DNA of 64,000 nt from Betaproteobacteria bacterium Ga0077523 (GTDB lineage: Bacteria; Pseudomonadota; Gammaproteobacteria; Burkholderiales; Ga0077523). Below the pieces are notes generated by a model, which saw nothing but the letters and a program-made list of their open reading frames with translations, ran no database searches and was not told where the DNA came from. Every line of letters starts with the position of its first letter. The stretch's first letter is position 1. The translations under genes and the position numbers were made by a program. The stretch covers positions 76,771 through 140,770 of the forward strand of contig LNDQ01000098.1 in NCBI GenBank assembly GCA_001464695.1, in the 5' to 3' direction. Of this stretch, positions 55,034 through 63,365 are shown piece after piece.

Positions 55034-56180
55034 GGCGGGCGTCCAACGCGCGCTGCATGCGGTCGAGAGCCTCCGCCAGCAACGGGCGTCGCGTACCGAA
55101 GTTCAAGCGTACCCAACCAGGTGTGCCGAAGTCGGCCCCGTTGTAGAGACCGACGCCGGAATCCTCGAAGAACGCGGCGGGGTTTTCAACGCCGAGCTCG
55201 CAGCAGTTGATCCAGGCGAGATAGGTCGCTTCGACCGGTGTCATCGACACCCCCGGCATGGCTGCCACGCGATCGGCCACCAGATCCCGATTGCCGCGCA
55301 GATAGTCGACCAGCGCCCGGCGCCACGGCTCGCCGTCACGATACGCGGCGAGTGTGGCCCACAGGCCGATCCCGAGCGGGCGATGCACCAGTCCAGCCAT
55401 CACCTTGCGCATGCGTGCCCGCAGTTCGGGATTGGGCACGATGGCGAACGCACAGCCCAGTGCCGGTAGATTGAACGTCTTCGAAGCTGCCATGAGCGTG
55501 ATGGTGCGCTCGGCGATTTCCGGCGCTATCGCCGCGAAGGGCACGTGTGGCTTGTCGGCATCGAGCACCAGCCCGCAGTGGATCTCGTCCGAGCACACCG
55601 TCAGGTTGCGCTCGCGAGCGACCGCGGCGAGCGCTTCGAGCTCCTGGCGGGTCCAGACGCGGCCCACCGGATTGTGCGGGTTGCACATCAGCAGCAACCG
55701 GCTGCGCGGCGTGACGGCGCGCCGCAATGTCTCGGCGTCGAAGCGCCAGTGGCTGTCTTCCTGCACCAAAGGGACTCGCACGCAGTGGCGTTCGGCATGC
55801 ACGGGTGCCGAGAGGAACGGCGGGTAGATCGGCACACCGGTCAGCACGTCATCGCCGGTCTCGCCGATGGCGCGGCATACGACGTTGAGCCCGGAAACGA
55901 GCCCGGGCAGCCAGACGTACCAGTCCGGGTGCGTCTGCCAGCCGTAGCTCGACGCAAGGCGTGCCGCGATCGCCTCGATCAGTTCCGGCCCCGGCTCGAC
56001 ATAGCCGAAAACCGCGTGATCGACACGTGCTTGCAGCGCGTCGGTGATGGCGGCCGGGCAGCGGAAATCCATGTCCGCCACCCACATGGGTATCACGTCG
56101 CGCCCGGCGTACCGGTCCCACTTGAGGCTCCACTGGCCGGTGCGGTCCAGCGGTGCATCGAAATCAAAGGTCACGGCCAC
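55017..56180 (-). CDS. MalY/PatB-type PLP-dependent cystathionine beta-lyase / aminotransferase
   Basis: WSLKWDRY, IPMWVADMDF, NPHNPVGRVW and SKTFNL (PLP-binding Lys). Confidence 0.88.
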   Translation of the reverse strand: MAVTFDFDAPLDRTGQWSLKWDRYAGRDVIPMWVADMDFRCPAAITDALQARVDHAVFGYVEPGPELIEAIAARLASSYGWQTHPDWYVWLPGLVSGLNVVCRAIGETGDDVLTGVPIYPPFLSAPVHAERHCVRVPLVQEDSHWRFDAETLRRAVTPRSRLLLMCNPHNPVGRVWTRQELEALAAVARERNLTVCSDEIHCGLVLDADKPHVPFAAIAPEIAERTITLMAASKTFNLPALGCAFAIVPNPELRARMRKVMAGLVHRPLGIGLWATLAAYRDGEPWRRALVDYLRGNRDLVADRVAAMPGVSMTPVEATYLAWINCCELGVENPAAFFEDSGVGLYNGADFGTPGWVRLNFGTRRPLLAEALDRMQRALDARPRTAR

Positions 56181-56221
56181 TCCAGCTGAAAGATCGCCAA
56201 TGTATCGATCGGCCGAGAAGT

Positions 56222-56244
56222 TGCCTAGGGACGCGCCCTAGGCA
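56222..56244. promoter_or_regulatory. perfect 9-5-9 inverted repeat upstream of rcnA (candidate operator)
   Basis: TGCCTAGGG-ACGCG-CCCTAGGCA, 62 nt upstream of the rcnA ATG. Confidence 0.4.
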
Positions 56245-56306
56245 GTGTCCCCGGGCTAAGGCAGAATCCGCGCGATCCGCAGTACACGGGGGAGGAATCG
56301 GACGCC

Positions 56307-57185
56307 ATGTCCGACGCGCTGTTCTATCTGTTCACCAGCTTCTGGCTCGGTGCGGTGCACGCCGCAACGCCCGGCCATGGCAAGACCATCGCTGCAGCGT
56401 ACATCGTGGGCGTGCGCGGCCGGCCGATCGATGCGGTGATCCTCGGCATCTTCGTCACGCTGTCGCACATCAGCGGCATCGTGATCGTCGGCGTGCTGGC
56501 CTCCCTCGGCTTGCCCGGCCTGATGCCGCAACAGGTGGAGGCGTACCTGGCGGTCGCGACCGGTCTGCTGATCATCGTGATCGGCCTTTGGACGCTCTGG
56601 ACACAACGGGATCTGGTAGCACAGTTGCGCGCCCAACCCGCAGCGCCGGCTGCCGGTGCATTGCGCTATGCCACGGTCGGCACCCCGCAGCCCATGCTGG
56701 CCCGTACCGCCGGGCATCATCACCACCACGATCATTCGCACGATCCCGGTGACGGTCACCACCATCACCACGACCACGATCATCAGCATGAGGGGGGCGG
56801 CTTTCACAGTCACGGCTGGGGTTTCAAGCACACCCACGATATCGGGATGGTGACGCGTGCCGGCCGGCCGAGCCTGTGGATGCTGATCGGCCTCGGCATC
56901 GCGGGTGGCCTGCTGCCCGATCCGGCCGCGCTCGCGATCCTGCTGAATGCGCTGGCGCAGGGCAAGGTGATGCTCGGGCTGGGCACCGTCGTGGTGTTCA
57001 GCCTCGGTTTTGCACTGACGCTGGTGGGTGTCGGCGTCGTTGCCGCAATCGTCGGACGCAAGGTGCTCGACTGGCTCGCCGGCCCCTGGGCAATCCGCAT
57101 CCAGATCGGCACGTCGCTGCTGATCGTGCTGGTGGGTGTCTACCTTACGGTCAAGGCGTGGAGCACCGTTGCGACCTTCACTTGA
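56307..57185 (+). CDS. rcnA: nickel/cobalt efflux transporter, RcnA (NicO) family
   Basis: LGAVHAATPGHGKTIAAAYIVG resembles E. coli RcnA LGALHGLEPGHSKTMMAAFII. A central His-rich loop is present (GHHHHHDHSHDPGDGHHHHHDHDHQHE). Confidence 0.85.
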   Translation: MSDALFYLFTSFWLGAVHAATPGHGKTIAAAYIVGVRGRPIDAVILGIFVTLSHISGIVIVGVLASLGLPGLMPQQVEAYLAVATGLLIIVIGLWTLWTQRDLVAQLRAQPAAPAAGALRYATVGTPQPMLARTAGHHHHHDHSHDPGDGHHHHHDHDHQHEGGGFHSHGWGFKHTHDIGMVTRAGRPSLWMLIGLGIAGGLLPDPAALAILLNALAQGKVMLGLGTVVVFSLGFALTLVGVGVVAAIVGRKVLDWLAGPWAIRIQIGTSLLIVLVGVYLTVKAWSTVATFT

Positions 57186-57210
57186 GTTGAGTACCAGCGC
57201 GATCACCCCG

Positions 57211-57603
57211 ATGGGCCGCATGGGTGTCGGCGAGTTCCCGGCAGTACGTTATGCGGACGTGGTGGTAATCGCGCCCCAGGACCGTCTCGATCATGCCAAC
57301 GGCGACGCGTTCTCGGCGGCGCTCGAACCGTACCTCGCCGATTGCCGCCCTGGCGGGGTGCACCTGGTGCTCGATCTGTCGGCGCTGCGGTATGTCTCGA
57401 GCGCGGGGCTGCGCTGCTTCATGCTCGCCGCAAAGCAGGCCAAGACCCAGGGCGGGGAAGTGGTCATCGCCGGCATGCAGACCGTGGTGCGCGAGATCTT
57501 CGAGATCAGCCGATTCACTCTCCTGTTCCGCGTCTTCGCCGACGTCGGCGCCGCGCTCGACGCCTTGTCGCCGCGGGCAGCGCAGGCCTATCGGAGTCGA
57601 TAG
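57211..57603 (+). CDS. STAS-domain anti-sigma-factor antagonist (RsbV/SpoIIAA-like)
   Basis: LVLDLSALRYVSSAGLRCF with a phosphorylatable Ser context, and VREIFEISRF. Trimmed from ORF 57136..57603. Confidence 0.85.
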   Translation: MGRMGVGEFPAVRYADVVVIAPQDRLDHANGDAFSAALEPYLADCRPGGVHLVLDLSALRYVSSAGLRCFMLAAKQAKTQGGEVVIAGMQTVVREIFEISRFTLLFRVFADVGAALDALSPRAAQAYRSR

Positions 57604-57607
57604 CGCG

Positions 57608-58570
57608 GTGCGCACCCGATTCTGGGGAACGCGCGGTTCGCTGCCGGTGGCGCTCACGTCCGCTGGGGTGCGGCGCAAACTGCGAGCGGCATTGACCTAT
57701 GCGGCCGCATCCGGCATCACCGATGCGGACGCCTTGATCGCGCATCTGGATCGCGACGCCGATTTCGCCGTCACCCACACCTACGGCGGGCATTCTGCGT
57801 GCGTGGAACTGGATGCGGGATCGGGCGAGTTCATCGTCTGCGATCTCGGATCAGGCGCCCGGCCGCTGGGCAACGCTCTCATGGAGCGTGCCGAGGCTGG
57901 CCGGCCGCGGGTCGTGAACGTCTTCCTGTCGCACGTTCACTGGGATCACATCATGGGCTTCCCGTTCTTCGCGCCGGCCTACGATCCCGCCTGGACGATC
58001 CGGATTCACGGCGGCCATGCCGAGCTCGAGCAGGCCCTGCGTCTGCAACAATCCGCTCCCTGTTTCCCGGTGGACTTCGAACGGCTCGCGGCGCGCATCG
58101 AGTTTGTCCGGCTCGTGCCGGGGGCGGTGTTCGCGTCGAACGGCGTCGAGGTCGCGATCAAGCCGCAGCGCCACTCCGGCGATTCGTACGGCTATCGGTT
58201 CGTGCATGCCGGCCGCAGCATCGTGTACACGACGGACTCGGAGCATCGTCCGGAGGATGTCGAAGAGGCGGCAGGCTTTGTCGAGTTCTTCCGCGGCGCG
58301 GACCTGGTCGTGTTCGACGCCATGTATTCGTTGCTGGATGCGATCTCGGTCAAGGAGGATTGGGGGCATTCGAGCAACATCGTGGCGGTGGAGCTGTGTC
58401 AGCGCGCCGCGGTGAAGCACCTCTGCCTGTTCCACCACGAACCGGCCTATGACGACGAGCAGATCGAGCAGGTGCTGAAGGAAACCGTGCGCTTCGAGGA
58501 ACTGACGCGCGGTGATCTCGCGCCGCTCAGGATCTCCAGCGCGTCGGACGGCCTCGAGATCGATGTCTGA
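57608..58570 (+). CDS. MBL-fold metallo-hydrolase
   Basis: SHVHWDHIMGFPFF, then the later motifs HSGDSYGY and DSEH. GTG at 57608 lies 5 nt after the STAS stop. ORF 57293..58570 is over-extended. Confidence 0.8.
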   Translation: MRTRFWGTRGSLPVALTSAGVRRKLRAALTYAAASGITDADALIAHLDRDADFAVTHTYGGHSACVELDAGSGEFIVCDLGSGARPLGNALMERAEAGRPRVVNVFLSHVHWDHIMGFPFFAPAYDPAWTIRIHGGHAELEQALRLQQSAPCFPVDFERLAARIEFVRLVPGAVFASNGVEVAIKPQRHSGDSYGYRFVHAGRSIVYTTDSEHRPEDVEEAAGFVEFFRGADLVVFDAMYSLLDAISVKEDWGHSSNIVAVELCQRAAVKHLCLFHHEPAYDDEQIEQVLKETVRFEELTRGDLAPLRISSASDGLEIDV

Positions 58571-60707
58571 GGCGCGTACCTCGGTCCACGATCCCGACGA
58601 CGTCGCGCTCGCGTGGAGCGAGCGCATCGGCCTGCGAGGGCTGTCGATCCGCAGCGGCCGCGTGGTGGCGGTGGTCGCCGCTGCCGCCGTGCTCGTGTTG
58701 TCGACATTGGATCTTGCCCAGGGCTTGCGCCTTGCCACGTTCGATCTGTGGCAGCGCGTGTTCCCGCGCGAACGGGCGAGCGCACCAGCCGTCATCGTCG
58801 CCATCGACGAGGCGAGCCTTGCGACGCACGGGCAATGGCCATGGCCGCGCACATTGATGGCGGCGCTCATCGAACAGGTCGCGGCGGGCCGGCCTGCGGC
58901 GATCGGAGTCGACGTGCTGTTCGCGGAACCGGATCGCCTGTCACCGGAACAGCTCGCACCGTTGGTGGCCGGTGGCGACGCCGCGCTGGCGCGGCGGCTC
59001 GCGAGCCTGCCTACCCATGACGCGCAGCTCGCTCGCGCCGTCGGCGCTGCGCCAGTCGTGCTGGCAGTGGCCGGCATGCCGGAATCCGACACTGCGCCGG
59101 CGGCCGGTCGGACCACGCCGGTGCTCGTGCGCGGACCGGACCCCGGGACGGTGGCAGATCATGCTGCGTCGTTGCGGAGCATTCCCGCGATCGACGGTGC
59201 GGCGCGGGGACACGGGCTGATCTCCGCGGAGCCTTCGGGCCGCATCGTGCGCCGTGCCCCATTGGTTTCGCGAGTGGCAGGCACGTTGATGCCGGCCTTC
59301 TCCATCGAGTTGCTGCGGGTGGCGGCGGGCCTCCCGGCGATCGGACTCGAAACCGGCAACGGTGGCGTGAAGGCAGTGGAACTGGGCGACCTCGCCATCC
59401 GTACCGATCGCGACTCGGGCGTCTGGATCCATTTCGCACCGCGCTCCACCCAGCGGTATGTTGCTGCCAGTGATGTCCTCGCGGGCAAGGTCGCCGCGGA
59501 CGTTTTCGATCGCAAGCTGGTGATCATCGGTCTGACGGCGATCGGCTTGCTCGATTTCCATGTGATTCCCACCGGCGAGCGTGTGCCTGGTGCCGAGATC
59601 CACGCCCAGTTGCTGGAGGGCATCTTCGATCAGGACCTGCTGCTGCGGCCGAGGTGGTCATCGTGGGCCGAGGCGCTGGCGCTGGCGGGCCTCGCGGCGC
59701 TGGCGGTGGTCGGTGCCGGTCGTTGGCGACCGCGGGTCAGCGTGTACGTCGGCGTTGGTGCCAGCGTTGCGCTGGTGGTGGTCGCGGCAGCCCTGGTGCG
59801 TTTCGGCGGCATCCTGGTGGACGTGGCCTGGCCGCTGCTGGGCGGGGCCGCGGCTTTCGCTGTGGTGTTGATGGCCACACTCGCTGAAAGCGACCGGCAG
59901 CGCCGCGTATTACGGCGCGCGCTGAACGACGAACGGATCGTGACTGCGCGCAACGCCGGCGAGCAGGAGGCCGCACGCCGCGTCCAGATGGGCATGCTGC
60001 CGCCCGAGGACGGTCGGACCATCGCTGATCCGCGCGTCGCTATCGCGGCACTCGCAGAACCGGCTCGCAGCGTGGGGGGCGACCTCTACGATTACTTCAT
60101 GCTCGACGAACGCAGGCTCTTCCTCATGGTGGGAGACGTCGCGGGCAAGGGCCTGCCGGCCGCGCTCTTCATGTCCGTCGCGAAAGCGTTGATCAAGGGC
60201 GCTGCGTTGCGCGGCTCGAGTCCGCTCGATGCGATCATCGACGAGGCGCACGGCGAACTTGCGCGTGACAATCCAGGGCAACTCTTCATCACGCTGTTCG
60301 TCGGCATCCTCGATCTCGATGCCGGCAGCCTGGAGTGGTGCAACGCCGGGCACGAGCCAGCCCTCGTGCTGAATGCCGACGGTGCCAGCGCTCGCCCGTT
60401 GTACGGTGCGAGCGGTCCACCGTTGTGCGTGATCGAGAGTTATCCGTACGAGGTGAACCGCGATGCCCTGGCGCCCGCGGAACGCCTGTGCATCGTCACC
60501 GATGGCGTGACCGAAGCCCACGGGGCCGGCGACGAGTTGCTCGGCCGCGAACGACTTGCTCGATTTCTCGCGACCGTCGGACCGGGCGCGGTTGGCGTGC
60601 GCGACGCGATCCGGGCGCTGTTGCTGGAGCACGGGGGCGAACGCGAGCGTGCCGACGACGCGACCGTGCTGGTGATCGAATGGCGTGGTGCGGGATCACC
60701 CGCGTGA
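58563..60707 (+). CDS. CHASE2 sensor / PP2C (SpoIIE, RsbU-like) serine phosphatase, membrane-bound
   Basis: N-terminal TM segment, CHASE2 motifs (VIVAIDEASL, GQWPWPR, IGVDVLFAEPD), three TM segments, then PP2C (GGDLYDY, VGDVAGKGLPAALFMS, DDATVLVIE). The ATG at 58563 overlaps the end of the MBL gene by 8 nt. Confidence 0.88.
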   Translation: MSEARTSVHDPDDVALAWSERIGLRGLSIRSGRVVAVVAAAAVLVLSTLDLAQGLRLATFDLWQRVFPRERASAPAVIVAIDEASLATHGQWPWPRTLMAALIEQVAAGRPAAIGVDVLFAEPDRLSPEQLAPLVAGGDAALARRLASLPTHDAQLARAVGAAPVVLAVAGMPESDTAPAAGRTTPVLVRGPDPGTVADHAASLRSIPAIDGAARGHGLISAEPSGRIVRRAPLVSRVAGTLMPAFSIELLRVAAGLPAIGLETGNGGVKAVELGDLAIRTDRDSGVWIHFAPRSTQRYVAASDVLAGKVAADVFDRKLVIIGLTAIGLLDFHVIPTGERVPGAEIHAQLLEGIFDQDLLLRPRWSSWAEALALAGLAALAVVGAGRWRPRVSVYVGVGASVALVVVAAALVRFGGILVDVAWPLLGGAAAFAVVLMATLAESDRQRRVLRRALNDERIVTARNAGEQEAARRVQMGMLPPEDGRTIADPRVAIAALAEPARSVGGDLYDYFMLDERRLFLMVGDVAGKGLPAALFMSVAKALIKGAALRGSSPLDAIIDEAHGELARDNPGQLFITLFVGILDLDAGSLEWCNAGHEPALVLNADGASARPLYGASGPPLCVIESYPYEVNRDALAPAERLCIVTDGVTEAHGAGDELLGRERLARFLATVGPGAVGVRDAIRALLLEHGGERERADDATVLVIEWRGAGSPA

Positions 60708-60735
60708 TCCGCAGCGCGGTTGCTGCCCGGACGGC

Positions 60736-61371
60736 TCAGCGTGCCGTGATCTCGACGCGGCGGTTGCGCGGTTCGGCCTTGCCGGCCACGTTCGGGTACA
60801 GCGGTTCGCGACTTCCGCGCGCCACCAGCGTGATGAGCGTCGGCCGTACGCCGGCGCGGACCAGTTCATCGTTGACCCGTTTCGCGCGCAACTGGGAAAG
60901 CTGGTTGTTGAATCGATCGCTGCCGATGGCATCGGTGTGGCCGGTGACCGTGATCTCCGGCGCGGGACGGCGCATCAGTTCGTCGTGGACCTCGCCGATG
61001 GCGGTCTTCGACTCGGCCGTGAGCTCGTCCTTGCCTTCGATGAAGTACAGCACGTACGTCGCCGGGCGCGGGGGCAGGGCATCCAGTGCAGGGCCGAAGG
61101 TCTGGCGCAGTTCTTCGGGTGTGAGAGTCGCGGGCTCGACGGCGAAGGGGCCGCGGATGTGCGCAGCCGTCTGCTTTGCATCCAGCAGCAGGGCGTTGTT
61201 TTCCTGGTGCACGACCACCGAACCGTACGAACCGTCGGCCTTGGCCACCAGCGCGATCAGGTCATCGCGGGCCATGGTCGGTGGTGGTGGCGGGGATATC
61301 GACGAGCGCGGGGCGCAACCGCCCGCCAGTGCGACGATGATGGCGATCGCCGCCCGGACAGAACCCCGCAT
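60736..61371 (-). CDS. OmpA-family lipoprotein
   Basis: Lipobox IVALAGGC and an OmpA_C domain (ITVTGHTDAIGSDRFNNQLSQLRAKRV, NRRVEI). The start lies 1 nt after the FecR-domain gene stop. Confidence 0.85.
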   Translation of the reverse strand: MRGSVRAAIAIIVALAGGCAPRSSISPPPPPTMARDDLIALVAKADGSYGSVVVHQENNALLLDAKQTAAHIRGPFAVEPATLTPEELRQTFGPALDALPPRPATYVLYFIEGKDELTAESKTAIGEVHDELMRRPAPEITVTGHTDAIGSDRFNNQLSQLRAKRVNDELVRAGVRPTLITLVARGSREPLYPNVAGKAEPRNRRVEITAR

Positions 61372-61372
61372 A

Positions 61373-61825
61373 TCAGCGGCCCGGGTCGTCGACCTTGACC
61401 ACGAATTCCGTGCCGCGGACACCCATGATGGCGGCAGGCGTACGGATCTTCATCGACTCAGGCGACGTCTTCACCATCTTGCCGGACACCGCGGCGAGAG
61501 TGCCGCGGGCGAGGTTTGCTTCCATTGCGCCCTTGCCGCTGGCGGCATCGAACGCGTACTTGTCGAGGATCAGCACCGAGTTCGGCCCGGCCGACAGCAT
61601 CGAATTGTCAGTGAACGTGATGCCTACCGCACCATCTGCTCCGGTACTCACCACGTCCTTTTCCTGGACCAGCATGCCGACCGAGACCGGCAGCCGTTGT
61701 CCCGCGCGATCGATGGTAACGGACCCCTTCGAAGTCTTCACGCGTCCGGCGTCGGCCGCAAGGGCGAGCGGCAGCGTGAGTGCCAGGCAGATGAACACGA
61801 GGGCGCGAGAGAAGGCAGCGTGCAT
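61373..61825 (-). CDS. secreted FecR-domain protein
   Basis: Signal peptide, VKTSKGSVTIDRAG, then V..GD.V.TG...... I..F.D.S...L..NS-type beta-rich FecR pattern, then IMGVRGTEF. Confidence 0.75.
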   Translation of the reverse strand: MHAAFSRALVFICLALTLPLALAADAGRVKTSKGSVTIDRAGQRLPVSVGMLVQEKDVVSTGADGAVGITFTDNSMLSAGPNSVLILDKYAFDAASGKGAMEANLARGTLAAVSGKMVKTSPESMKIRTPAAIMGVRGTEFVVKVDDPGR

Positions 61826-61939
61826 GGGACGGTCCCGAGGTGGATGTGCCGCTACATGGAGGCAAGTTCCATTCCGTCGGACGCAAGCCGACGACGCTCG
61901 CGATTGTCCACGCTAAGACCCTGATCGGAAAGCGATCCG

Positions 61940-62359
61940 ATGCTCCTTCGCTGCACGGCGCGATGGGTCGAATTCGAGGCCGTGCGGCGTCACGTGGGCG
62001 AGTTCGCGGCACAGTCCGGCATATCCTGCGAAGATTGTCACCGGCTCCTGGTGGTCGCCGAGGAACTGTTCGTCAATTCGGTCCGCCACGGCTATGGCGA
62101 GGAATGCGACGGCCCGATCCTGGTGGAACTGACCGCCACCGAGCACGGCTTCGAACTGCGCTACGAGGACACGGCGCCCGCCTTCGATCCGCTCGCGCGA
62201 ACATCCGTCGCGGGGCTCGACGCCGGCACGGAGGCACGGCCGGTGGGTGGACTGGGGATCTTTCTCACGCTCGAGATGAGCCGCGGGGCACGCTACCGGC
62301 GCGAGGCGGAGCGCAATGTGATCGAGCTCATATTCGTGCGGAGCGACGAACAGCCCTAG
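61940..62359 (+). CDS. RsbW/SpoIIAB-like anti-sigma factor serine kinase (HATPase_c_2)
   Basis: N-box VAEELFVNSVRHGYG and G-box GGLGIFLTLEMS, 139 aa. Confidence 0.8.
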   Translation: MLLRCTARWVEFEAVRRHVGEFAAQSGISCEDCHRLLVVAEELFVNSVRHGYGEECDGPILVELTATEHGFELRYEDTAPAFDPLARTSVAGLDAGTEARPVGGLGIFLTLEMSRGARYRREAERNVIELIFVRSDEQP

Positions 62360-63330
62360 CGCGACGCTTCGTTTGCCGGGAGCATGCCGACCCACCCGGT
62401 GATGTCGGCGTACCAGACGTTGCCCGAGCGATCGACTGCCACCGAAAACGGACGAGCGTTCTCGCGCGGCAGCCGGAACATCCTGACATTGCCATCCCGC
62501 AACCGTCCGAGCGCTGCGCCGCGCAGGCTGCCGAACCAGACGGCGCCATCCGGTGCTGCGGCGAGACCCGACAGAGCCGCCCGCTCAAGTGGTACGTCGA
62601 TCTCGGTGAACTTGCCGTCCTTGAAGCGGCCGATCCGGTTCGCGCGAAACTCGAGAAACCACGCGGCGCCACTGGCGTCGATCGCAATGTCGGTTGGCGC
62701 CGCGCCGCGGGTCGGCACTTCAAACTCGGCGAGTGTCCCATCCGGAGCAATGCGCACCAGCGAGTTGCCCGCTTGCAGCGTCGCCCAGACGCTGCCATCC
62801 GCGGCGGCCGCGACCCCGAAGGGCGCGCCGCGGACCATGCTGATCTCGTGGCGCTTCAACTCGCCATCCTTCAGGCGCGTGACGCTGAAGGCCGTGCTTT
62901 CCGCGAACCATACGGCGCCGTCGGAAGCGACGGCGAGCCGGCCGAGGCGGGCGATGGGGGTACCCAACGGAAACGACCGGATCTCGCCGTTCGGCGCGAT
63001 GCGCTGGATCGCCACCGAAGGCGGGTCGGCGAGCCACGCGTTGCCCGCTGCGTCCGCACCCAGACCAATGGGCTCGGAGTTGCGCGAGCCTTTCGGCAAG
63101 CGCTCGACCTTTCCGTTGCGAACCACGCCGATGGCGTCGGAGAAATCGATCGAAAACCACACTGTGCCGTCCGGTGCCACTGCAATGGCAGTGGGCATGT
63201 CGGTGTGCACCGCCATCGGATACTCGACGAAGGCCGGCTTGTGCGGCTGCAGCGTCCACCAGGCGAGCGCGCTCACGCCGACACCGACGAAGAGGATGCT
63301 GAGGAGGGTCAACCAGCGTCGACCGCGCAT
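62356..63330 (-). CDS. membrane-anchored beta-propeller protein (virginiamycin B lyase / NHL-like repeats)
   Basis: N-terminal TM segment (WLTLLSILFVGVGVSALAWW) and about 7 repeats of the pattern ...DG.VWF....... IGR.. . Trimmed from ORF 62356..63837. Confidence 0.7.
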   Translation of the reverse strand: MRGRRWLTLLSILFVGVGVSALAWWTLQPHKPAFVEYPMAVHTDMPTAIAVAPDGTVWFSIDFSDAIGVVRNGKVERLPKGSRNSEPIGLGADAAGNAWLADPPSVAIQRIAPNGEIRSFPLGTPIARLGRLAVASDGAVWFAESTAFSVTRLKDGELKRHEISMVRGAPFGVAAAADGSVWATLQAGNSLVRIAPDGTLAEFEVPTRGAAPTDIAIDASGAAWFLEFRANRIGRFKDGKFTEIDVPLERAALSGLAAAPDGAVWFGSLRGAALGRLRDGNVRMFRLPRENARPFSVAVDRSGNVWYADITGWVGMLPANEASR

Positions 63331-63365
63331 GACGGCTGTTGCCGCGACGGGATTGGATGCAGTGT

